Shown here: piece by piece, positions 41,108 to 48,810 of the stretch
Numbering within the stretch: the first letter of the stretch is position 1
How the letters are laid out: each line of letters begins with the position of its first letter
Origin: a virus
DNA length: 64,000 bases
Strand: one strand, 5' to 3'
IMG/VR virus record: IMGVR_UViG_3300037247_001890
Span: 105,275-169,274 of that record
Made by a program: the position numbers and the translations under genes
The notes under the pieces: generated by a model
The model's input: only the letters and a program-made list of their open reading frames with translations
Database searches by the model: none
What the model was told of the DNA's origin: nothing

Positions 41108-41341
41108 ATGAAAGTAAGAATTATAAAAGCCAATGGGGTAAAAGAATTTAACAAAGGTATTAGTCTAGAAGAGTTTAACAAATTAATAGGACAAAATATG
41201 GACTATGTTACTAGCACAGATGGGACAACCGGATATTTCAATACTTATACAGACTCTGGCACAAACAAGATGGATTATACATACTCATCGCCAACTGGAA
41301 CTGAAAATCCATTTTTTGCACATATTTATTCAACCAGTTAA
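41108..41341 (+). CDS. hypothetical protein
   Basis: 77-aa ORF after the promoter. Confidence 0.55.
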   Translation: MKVRIIKANGVKEFNKGISLEEFNKLIGQNMDYVTSTDGTTGYFNTYTDSGTNKMDYTYSSPTGTENPFFAHIYSTS

Positions 41342-41602
41342 TTGTTAATGACTAATCAAAAATCATTTGAAGTCGAACTTTATAATGTATTAACGTTTAA
41401 TTCTGGTGAACCTGACTTTATAGAAAATACAAATGATAATCTGAAAATTAAAAATGCAGTAATCATTAGCATGGGATGGAAACCAGACAATCATTGGCAA
41501 AGCTTTTTATGGGGAATGCTAAAGCATTCTTTTATAAGAACACATTTTGATTATTTCGATCGCGCAGAAAAATATTATAAAGATAAAGATAAAGAAAAAT
41601 AG
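41342..41602 (+). CDS. hypothetical protein
   Basis: 86-aa ORF. Confidence 0.55.
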   Translation: MLMTNQKSFEVELYNVLTFNSGEPDFIENTNDNLKIKNAVIISMGWKPDNHWQSFLWGMLKHSFIRTHFDYFDRAEKYYKDKDKEK

Positions 41603-41608
41603 TTTTTC

Positions 41609-42391
41609 GTGGATAAATATTTAAAAGATGTCGGGAAAACAAAGCTTTTCACAGCTGAAGAAGAGCGTAAAGTAGCTTTACGCGCACAAGCTGGAGATCG
41701 AAAAGCTAAAGATGAGCTTATTGTCCGAAATTTGCGATATGTGATTGACGTCGCAAAAGGCTATCAAAGACAAGGATTACCACTAGAAGAACTAATTGCA
41801 GAAGGTAATTTCGGTATTTGTAAAGCAGCCGATCGATTTGATCCAGGCAAAGGAATGAAATTTATAACCTATGCTGTTTGGTGGATACGACAAAGCATTT
41901 TACAAGCTCTCTCCGAAAACACACGTGTTGTACGCATTCCCATAAACAAAATAAATGAAATACAAAAAATTAGAAAAATAATGGAACGAGAAATGCAAAA
42001 GAAAGGAGACTCGTCTCCTTCTGAATACAAAGTAGATCCTGACGTTCTTGAGATGTATTCTGCATTTCCTGTACGATTAGATTCAGAAACTGCTTCCGAA
42101 CAACCAATGATCGAGTTATTTCCTAATAAAGATGCTGTACCACCAGATTCAAAATTTGAGTCTGAATCTTTGAGAATAGATCTAGAAACGATATTGGAAA
42201 ATTTAGACAATAGAGAAATAGAAATTCTAAAATATTATCACGGGGTTGATGAATTCCGCCCTTTCACATTAGAGGAAATAGGAAATATTTTAGGTTTGAC
42301 CAGAGAGAGAATACGACAAATAAAGAAAAAATCTTTAAAAAAACTACGACGTAATCCCCGTTCTCGCAATTTACTAGACAAATATATCTAA
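41609..42391 (+). CDS. RpoD/SigA-like sigma-70 factor lacking region 1.1
   Basis: NLRYVIDVAK, ELIAEGNFG, RFDPGKGMKFITYAVWWIRQSI, TLEEIG...LTRERIRQI. Confidence 0.92.
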   Translation: MDKYLKDVGKTKLFTAEEERKVALRAQAGDRKAKDELIVRNLRYVIDVAKGYQRQGLPLEELIAEGNFGICKAADRFDPGKGMKFITYAVWWIRQSILQALSENTRVVRIPINKINEIQKIRKIMEREMQKKGDSSPSEYKVDPDVLEMYSAFPVRLDSETASEQPMIELFPNKDAVPPDSKFESESLRIDLETILENLDNREIEILKYYHGVDEFRPFTLEEIGNILGLTRERIRQIKKKSLKKLRRNPRSRNLLDKYI

Positions 42392-42403
42392 CCAAAATAA
42401 TAG

Positions 42404-44242
42404 TTGAGCGTACTATTTATTGACACCAAGGATGCTTTCACTGATTTGCTGAAAGCAGTTCGAAGGTTGGGTAATACACCAATAGCTTTAGACACTGAAA
42501 CTACAGGTCTAGATCCCTTCACTTCAAAAATATTATTAATACAGCTTGGAACCGAACAAGGTAACCAAGCAGTAATAGATGTGGAAAAAACATTATTTGC
42601 ACATCCGGATTTACAACCGGAATTCAAAGAAGTAATGGAAGATCCACAACAAGTTTTCATATTGCATCAAGCAAAATTTGATTACAAAGTACTTAAACAT
42701 CATCTTAATATAGAACTTTTACATTTAAGAGACACCATTGTAGCGGCGCATTTGATTAGAGCCGGCATACAAAAAAAGGGGTTCGGATTAGATGATCTCC
42801 TAAAGGATTATAATATCGCTGATTTGTCCAAGTCAGTAAGACAAACTTTTATTAATCACAAAGGACCTTTCACAGACAAACAAATACAGTATTCTGCGGA
42901 CGACGTGACCTATTTACACAAATTACACAAAGTCTTAATGATGGATATCATAGATTTAAGATTAGATTCAGTTTATAATATGGAATGCGAAGTAATACCA
43001 GTCACGGGTGACATGGAATTAAACGGACTTCATCTGGATTTTGCAAAATGGAGTGCTCTTGAGGCCATAGCAAAAAAAGAGAGTTTAATAAAAAAAGAAG
43101 AATTGGACAAATATTTTCTTCCATATTGTGATAAAGATCTGTTTGGAGATCCTATAATTAATTATAATTCTCCTTTACAGCTTAAACCAATATTAGAGAA
43201 AATTTTAAAGCGTAGCATTACTGGGACTGGAAAAGAAGTTTTAGAAAGAATTCTTAATCCAGCAGTAAGAGCTTTGTTAAAATACAGGGAATATGAAACA
43301 CGAGTAACCCGCTATGGTAGTGCTTTTTATAAAGAACATAAGCACTCAGTAACCGGGCGAATACATCCAACCTTCATACAAATAGGAGGTACTGACTCTG
43401 GCCGTTACTCTAGCCGTGATCCTAATGCCCAAAACATACCACGTGAAACCGCATATCGCGCTGCATTTACTGCGGAACCAGGCCGGAAAATAGTAGGTTC
43501 TGATTATGGTAGTATGGAACTGGTCCTACTTGCAGAATTCTCTAAAGATCCAGAATTTAAGAAGATATTTGATCTGGGGTTAGATGCCCATGGTCACGTA
43601 GCCACGATGATTATGAATAAACTGGTTATCGAAAAAGGCAAAAAATATCTTGATAAAGACGGAGTCGTACAAACAGCAACAGAAGATGTTAACGCTGATT
43701 TACGACCTGTCGGAAAAAATATTAACTTCGGTGTAGCATACGGATTAGGACCAACCAGATTGGCCAATTCGTTGGAAGTAGAATATGAAGAAGCAAAAGA
43801 ATTGCTTGCAAAATTCTGGAAAGCATTTCCAAAAGTAAGAATATTTTTAGAGGCCAGAGCAACGGAATCTCTAGAAAACGAATGTGTCAGATGTTATATG
43901 GACAATCGTTTAAGGTGGCTTAAAGGCTTTAACCTAAGATTACCTAAGCAGCGAGCACACGCAGCCAATATAGCAAAGAACATGTCTTTACAATCGGGTA
44001 ATGCAACTATAACCAAAAAAGCATTATTTTTAGTGAAACAAGAAATTAACAAAAAAGGATGGGCAGATGATTGTTTGATTATCTCCACTATCCATGATGA
44101 AATACTACTAGAAGTAAAAGAATCAATAGCCAACGACGCGCGTGATATGCTAAGTTCTAAAATGTTAGAAGCCGCACATTTGTGGATTAAAAATACACCT
44201 GTAATAGCAGATGCGTATGTATCTAACCACTGGGTAAAATAA
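42404..44242 (+). CDS. polA: family A DNA polymerase with 3'-5' exonuclease
   Basis: ALDTETTG, SGRYSSRDPNAQNIP, motif A DYGSMEL, motif B KNINFGVAYG, motif C IHDEI. Confidence 0.93.
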   Translation: MSVLFIDTKDAFTDLLKAVRRLGNTPIALDTETTGLDPFTSKILLIQLGTEQGNQAVIDVEKTLFAHPDLQPEFKEVMEDPQQVFILHQAKFDYKVLKHHLNIELLHLRDTIVAAHLIRAGIQKKGFGLDDLLKDYNIADLSKSVRQTFINHKGPFTDKQIQYSADDVTYLHKLHKVLMMDIIDLRLDSVYNMECEVIPVTGDMELNGLHLDFAKWSALEAIAKKESLIKKEELDKYFLPYCDKDLFGDPIINYNSPLQLKPILEKILKRSITGTGKEVLERILNPAVRALLKYREYETRVTRYGSAFYKEHKHSVTGRIHPTFIQIGGTDSGRYSSRDPNAQNIPRETAYRAAFTAEPGRKIVGSDYGSMELVLLAEFSKDPEFKKIFDLGLDAHGHVATMIMNKLVIEKGKKYLDKDGVVQTATEDVNADLRPVGKNINFGVAYGLGPTRLANSLEVEYEEAKELLAKFWKAFPKVRIFLEARATESLENECVRCYMDNRLRWLKGFNLRLPKQRAHAANIAKNMSLQSGNATITKKALFLVKQEINKKGWADDCLIISTIHDEILLEVKESIANDARDMLSSKMLEAAHLWIKNTPVIADAYVSNHWVK

Positions 44243-44925
44243 TGAAAAATATAATAATTGTAGGAAAGATGTGCAGCGGCAAAACCACTGTCGCTGACTA
44301 TCTTATTAAAGAAATCTCTAATGGCAAAAAACTTACTTTGGCTGGTCCTATATATGATCTGGTTGATAATTTGGAAGACACAGATTGGAAAGTTCTCGTA
44401 GATGCATATATTTTGCCTTATTATGATCCTCGCGACAGCATACAACAAAAATTGGGTATGGATATTTCTGAGGAATTTTATCTAACATGGAGAAAAATTC
44501 TTTTTGAAACAAAATTCATCCCTAAGGAAAAGCCAAAATCTAGAAAAAGACTGCAATTCCTTGGTACTGATGGCGCGAGAGAACGGATAGATGACAAAAT
44601 ATGGATCAAGATTGCTGCTGAAAAAGCAAGACAAGAACCAGATACAACTTGGATAATAGAAGATTGTAGATTTAAAAATGAATTTGAATGGTTCGAAAAA
44701 GCTGGATGGCAGCCGATATTTTTGCATATGTCTAAACAAACACAAGAATCTAGAATTAAACATCTCTATGGCAAATTTAATAAATCCATTCTTGAGCATC
44801 CATCGGAAGCGGAAATAGATAATATTCGGATACCAACTGAATGCATAGTAGATTCTAATCAATGTATAGCAAATATGCTACATGACGTAAGGGACTTCTT
44901 ATGGAGAAAAAAGATCTTTTCTTAG
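44242..44925 (+). CDS. deoxynucleoside monophosphate kinase
   Basis: GKMCSGKTT, RKRLQFLGTD, IEDCRFKNE, HPSE. Confidence 0.85.
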   Translation: MKNIIIVGKMCSGKTTVADYLIKEISNGKKLTLAGPIYDLVDNLEDTDWKVLVDAYILPYYDPRDSIQQKLGMDISEEFYLTWRKILFETKFIPKEKPKSRKRLQFLGTDGARERIDDKIWIKIAAEKARQEPDTTWIIEDCRFKNEFEWFEKAGWQPIFLHMSKQTQESRIKHLYGKFNKSILEHPSEAEIDNIRIPTECIVDSNQCIANMLHDVRDFLWRKKIFS

Positions 44926-45497
44926 ATGTAGACGGCTGCATATTGGATTTTGAATATGCATATACGCCTATACTCGAAGCAGAAGGTCTTCAATTAAATG
45001 ATGATGATTACCAACAATGGGATATCTTAAAAACAAGAGGCTACACAAGGAGACAAGTATATCGACTTGTGGTGAGAACCTGGGAATCTGATTATTTTGA
45101 AGATCTTCCATATATTTCTGGTGCCAAAAATTTCTTAAAATGGGCATCACAAGAATACAACATAATATATAATACTACCGTTCCAGAACTATATCATGAA
45201 AAAAGAATAAAAAATTTAAACAAACTTGGCATTCTTGATGATGTAGGGGCTTACATTCGATTCGCAAAATCACATAGAGACAAATCTAGAATTGTCGGAA
45301 GTTCTAATAATAGCATTGCTTTTATAGATGATAAACCTAAAAATGTTTCTGCTGTAAAAGAAGATTGGCCCAACATACTATCTATTTGGTATAATCATGA
45401 CGGACTTATGAATGTCTATGATTATGACCCTGAACCAGATTATGAAGCACATTCATGGTTAAAAGTAAAAAGAATTCTACAAAAAGAAAATGGCTAA
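44901..45497 (+). CDS. HAD-family 5'(3')-nucleotidase-like phosphatase
   Basis: LDVDGCILD, FIDDKPKN. Confidence 0.8.
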   Translation: MEKKDLFLDVDGCILDFEYAYTPILEAEGLQLNDDDYQQWDILKTRGYTRRQVYRLVVRTWESDYFEDLPYISGAKNFLKWASQEYNIIYNTTVPELYHEKRIKNLNKLGILDDVGAYIRFAKSHRDKSRIVGSSNNSIAFIDDKPKNVSAVKEDWPNILSIWYNHDGLMNVYDYDPEPDYEAHSWLKVKRILQKENG

Positions 45498-45841
45498 TAT
45501 TTCTTAGGAATCCTCAATTTCAAATGAAACTCGTTCCTAAATCTCAGCGTATAACAAAAACAGATGAATCATTAATAGGTCAGACAATTATTAATTGCTA
45601 TGAAGGGAGTCGTTATAAATTAACCATCAAAAATATTTATATTGATGAGAAAAAACAACTTTGCATAGAATGCATAGACAATGATCAAAGACTAAGAACA
45701 CTGTTAGCAAAGGATTGCAAACTTATTCAAAAAAATAAAAAACCTGGAATAAGAAAAAAGACTTCTAGGTCTTCTAATTCAAAATCTCCGACAAAGGTAA
45801 TTAAAAGAAAAAGAAGAAAGACCAAGAAATCTAATACTTAA
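45455..45841 (+). CDS. basic hypothetical protein
   Basis: 128 aa with a K/R-rich tail; start uncertain. Confidence 0.55.
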   Translation: MVKSKKNSTKRKWLIFLRNPQFQMKLVPKSQRITKTDESLIGQTIINCYEGSRYKLTIKNIYIDEKKQLCIECIDNDQRLRTLLAKDCKLIQKNKKPGIRKKTSRSSNSKSPTKVIKRKRRKTKKSNT

Positions 45842-45869
45842 TATTATGTTTCGTAATAAATAAAGTATT

Positions 45870-45965
45870 CCTGCTCATCACTCCTAGAGCCTTCTGGGCA
45901 TACGTCCACCTAATAGGGAGCCTATTAGGCGTACGCTTACCCTTCAGGCCTACGAGATGAGCAGG
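45870..45965. ncRNA. candidate 96-nt rod-like structured RNA/element
   Basis: CCTGCTCATC/GATGAGCAGG closing stem and apical CCTAATAGG-gag-CCTATTAGG; intergenic. Confidence 0.45.
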
Positions 45966-46067
45966 CAGAGGCACAAACCAAATGTTTAATTAAGCTGGAA
46001 AGATAAAAAAAGAAAAATGTGGGCAAGTCGGAGAGCCCAACCATTTTTCTCTTACTATCAAAAAACA

Positions 46068-46262
46068 ATGGAAATATTATTTATAAAATTTAATGATATA
46101 AATGGAAATAGTTATACAATGAATATATCCGAAATATTGATGATAGCGAATAGAGATAGTGACATAGAAGTAATCACGATATATGAGGATAGTATTATGA
46201 TAGATCAGGAAACTTACAAATCTATAGATAATGCATTAGATAACAAGAAATTACTAATTTAA
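46068..46262 (+). CDS. small hypothetical protein
   Basis: MEILFIKF... start preferred because the longer start at 46017 lies in a hairpin. Confidence 0.55.
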   Translation: MEILFIKFNDINGNSYTMNISEILMIANRDSDIEVITIYEDSIMIDQETYKSIDNALDNKKLLI

Positions 46263-46277
46263 GGAAAAATTAAGTTA

Positions 46278-47036
46278 ATGGCAGAAACTCAGCTACACCA
46301 ACACCTGGCGGCCGAGCCCAATATTAAGGCAAAAGAGCTCGCGCTAGGTAAAGAAACAGAACATACCTTAAGCAAAAAAGCACATCACTTTGTGGGTAAT
46401 GTTCGTACATACCAGCCAAAAGAGGATACTGGTGAAAAATTTCCGGATGAGCTTGAACCTCTCGTAACTACTGTACCGGAAAAATTACAATATTATTTGG
46501 ATTCTCTTTCAGACCTAATAAGTCATTCAGTTGTAAAAGAAGAGACCAATGCTACTGCTATCGCAGATCTTATTTATGATAAGAAAGTCATAAAGAAAGA
46601 CGTACATGCAACGGCTTTATTGACCCTGGAAAATAAATTAAAAGGATTAAGATCTAAATTGATGGCCATTCCTACCCTGGATCCAAAATATATGTGGAAC
46701 TGGAATAAAGATCAAAATTATTACCAAACAGATCCAATCCAAACTCTGAAATCTAAGAAAGTTCCAACAGTTTTAGTTAAGTATGAAGCGACAGATAAGC
46801 ATCCGGCACAGACTGAATTGATTCATGAGGATCAAACAGTTGGAATATGGACAACAACAAAGCTTTCTGGAGCAATTTCGTCAAAAATGAAATCCGAAAT
46901 ATTGACTCGCTACGACAAGTGGGAATTAGCTGTAAAAGATGCCCGTCAAAGAGCCAATAACGCGAAACTTGTTGTTGACGGAAAACTCGGAGTTGTTATT
47001 ACTGATAGCATTCTCCATGGAACTTTACCAATATAA
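46278..47036 (+). CDS. uncharacterised 252-aa helical protein upstream of the tRNA-mimic RNA
   Basis: AAGGA RBS; motifs RTYQPK, LLTLENKL, IPTLDP, EATDKHPAQ, GIWTTTKLSGA, ARQRAN. Confidence 0.85.
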   Translation: MAETQLHQHLAAEPNIKAKELALGKETEHTLSKKAHHFVGNVRTYQPKEDTGEKFPDELEPLVTTVPEKLQYYLDSLSDLISHSVVKEETNATAIADLIYDKKVIKKDVHATALLTLENKLKGLRSKLMAIPTLDPKYMWNWNKDQNYYQTDPIQTLKSKKVPTVLVKYEATDKHPAQTELIHEDQTVGIWTTTKLSGAISSKMKSEILTRYDKWELAVKDARQRANNAKLVVDGKLGVVITDSILHGTLPI

Positions 47037-47245
47037 ATGACACTAGACTCAAGCTAAGACTCAGACTAAAAATCCTGTTTTTGTTTGTAAGAGGTAAATA
47101 GGTAGATCCAGTACCAACTTCCATATGGAAGTTCGAAAATTCTAACCGTTAGCTTCTGAAGACAATATAAATCAGTTTTAAACTTAGACTTTGTGTCCAG
47201 ACTAATACTGCAACACGCCTAAAGTAACCGTTTGTATTTTTTTCC

Positions 47246-47330
47246 ATCAAAACAGGGGTTCGATTCCCCTCCGCGCCTCCAGGTATGAACACGTCACATA
47301 CGGCGCGGTCGTCTAGCGGTAAGACGTGAT
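47246..47330 (+). ncRNA. circularly permuted tRNA-like domain (T arm, acceptor with CCA, linker, 5' acceptor strand, D arm); no anticodon loop
   Basis: AGGGG-TTCGATT-CCCCT-CCGCGCC-T-CCA (47254-47281), then GGCGCGG-TC-GTCT-AGCGGTA-AGAC-G-TGAT (47302-47330), with TGAT pairing to ATCA (47246-47249). Confidence 0.85.
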
Positions 47331-47435
47331 CGTTTCAGACTAAACAACAAACTGGTGAAAATTCAACTAGACAGGCATAAGCGGTGAGCTCTCAAACATC
47401 AACTAACACTTGAAATTTGATTGATTTCATACTTT

Positions 47436-47477
47436 GCGCGCGGCATACTCGGGGTACGAGCAGCTGCGCGCTTTTTT
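47436..47477 (+). terminator. intrinsic terminator
   Basis: GCGCGCGGC...GCTGCGCGC plus T6. Confidence 0.75.
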
Positions 47478-47499
47478 ATTTAAAAGGAAACAAATATTA

Positions 47500-48159
47500 A
47501 TGGCAAAAACAATAGGTGACACATACATAGCGATCGTTTTAGACGGTAGTGGATCTATGTCAGGAGACATACAGACAACAATTACAGGTGTCAACGAGAT
47601 CATAGATTTAATGAAAGCTGAAAAAACAAAACTTGCTGGAAAAGTGAAAGTATCTTTGGTTGTATTCCGCAACCGTGAAGGCGAAGTAATTTATTTTAAT
47701 GAAGACGCCGATAAAGCCTCTCATTTGGACAATGAAAATTATATACCATCAGGATCAACCCCTATGTATGATGGTATAGGACAAGCAATAAAATTAATTG
47801 ATGGGGTTATCAAAGACGATGATGCAGCACTTGTCTATATTTTTACAGACGGCTGGGAGAATAGTTCATCAATTTATAATAAAGAAGACATCAATTCTTT
47901 GATTGAAGAACGCGAAGAAAGTGGAAATTGGACGTTTGTATTTCAAGGGATAGAAGGTCTCGATAAACAATTGGATTTAAATTTTGCTACGAACAATGTT
48001 ATGTCATATAGCGACTCTGCTGGAGGACGTAAATGGGCATACCAAGAAACTGCTAAAGGACTCCAATCATATTTTGATTCAAGACACAAGGGATACACGC
48101 AAGTCTCAAATTTTTACGATCCGGACAAGCGAACGTTCGAAAATAAGAAAAAGGAATGA
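47500..48159 (+). CDS. vWA-domain protein
   Basis: MIDAS DGSGSM, GSTPMYD, IFTDGWEN; AAGGA RBS supports the ATG at 47500. Confidence 0.85.
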   Translation: MAKTIGDTYIAIVLDGSGSMSGDIQTTITGVNEIIDLMKAEKTKLAGKVKVSLVVFRNREGEVIYFNEDADKASHLDNENYIPSGSTPMYDGIGQAIKLIDGVIKDDDAALVYIFTDGWENSSSIYNKEDINSLIEEREESGNWTFVFQGIEGLDKQLDLNFATNNVMSYSDSAGGRKWAYQETAKGLQSYFDSRHKGYTQVSNFYDPDKRTFENKKKE

Positions 48160-48194
48160 AAAGTACTGGTATAATTACCAGTACACCTAACCCA

Positions 48195-48323
48195 CGGGGG
48201 TAGTTTAAAAAAGACTAATCAAAAACGCAATGCAGTGTAAGCCCTGAAGCTGGGAGCCTATCCGTTAAAAAAGGCAGGTTATACGGCAGCGATGAGACGC
48301 GGAGAAGCGTTTTCCGTCCCCCG
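48195..48323 (+). ncRNA. candidate structured RNA with a pseudoknot
   Basis: CGGGGG/CCCCCG closing stem, internal hairpins and a possible H-type pseudoknot. Confidence 0.4.
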
Positions 48324-48352
48324 AAAGTATAATAATTTATTCTAAGAAACTT

Positions 48353-48564
48353 CAAGCTCGTGGGTATTATGTAGTGCCATTCGAGGTTATCTACGTATAC
48401 CCTAGAAGTCCGTAATGGTGGTAAATTGCTTCAAGAAAAGCACATCCCACGGGTCGGAACCCTGGGCCTCGAAGAGATTCTTACCATGGACATGGTAATC
48501 GTCCACCAGTGAATTGAGGGGATCAAAACTTGTGTGAAGCGGTTAAAATCCGCAAACGAGCTTG
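48353..48564 (+). ncRNA. candidate ~212-nt multi-stem, doubly pseudoknotted RNA
   Basis: 9-bp closing stem CAAGCTCGT/ACGAGCTTG, five internal hairpins, two loop-distal pairings. Confidence 0.55.
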
Positions 48565-48588
48565 TTTATAATAAGGAGATATTTTTAA

Positions 48589-48810
48589 ATGGGTGCTAAA
48601 ACACAAAAAGTTGGTGGTGGGAGCAAAAAACTTGGGCGAGATAAAAAGAAATGCGAACGATATAAGCTTGCAAGAAAAAAGGAAAAGAATAAAGAAAGAA
48701 AAAAACTCCGCTATGAGCTAAAAATGGAAAAGGCAAAAGCAGGCAAATTGAAAAGAAAAAAGAAAAAAGAACGGGCGAAAGCAGAAGCGTCTGTTCCAAA
48801 AGAAACATAA
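48589..48810 (+). CDS. very basic small protein
   Basis: 73 aa, K/R-rich, AAGGAG RBS. Confidence 0.7.
   Translation: MGAKTQKVGGGSKKLGRDKKKCERYKLARKKEKNKERKKLRYELKMEKAKAGKLKRKKKKERAKAEASVPKET

Larger units (their letters stand above)
47037..47477 (+). ncRNA. large structured RNA with a permuted tRNA-like domain
   Basis: Nested long-range pairings from 47082 to 47398 around the tRNA-like core; ends in a terminator; no credible ORF. Confidence 0.7.

Noticed and set aside
31941-44242. Inteins or introns in RNR and PolA
   Set aside because: Both ORFs are continuous, of normal length, and lack splice motifs
47045-47210. CRISPR array
   Set aside because: Repeats are only 6 nt with no spacer structure, and there are no cas genes
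47246-47345. Conventional tRNA gene
   Set aside because: The halves are in reverse order and there is no anticodon loop; no T arm follows the D arm
47037-47477. Two-piece tmRNA (ssrA)
   Set aside because: It lacks G3.U70 and A73, has a full D stem, and I saw no convincing tag reading frame
47427-47672. 5' extension of the vWA ORF (from 47434) and antisense ORF 47427-47672
   Set aside because: The extension runs through the terminator; the RBS supports the ATG at 47500
48230-48300. Hammerhead, pistol or twister ribozyme assignment
   Set aside because: Only partial motif similarity; the required partner strands and core residues were not found by eye
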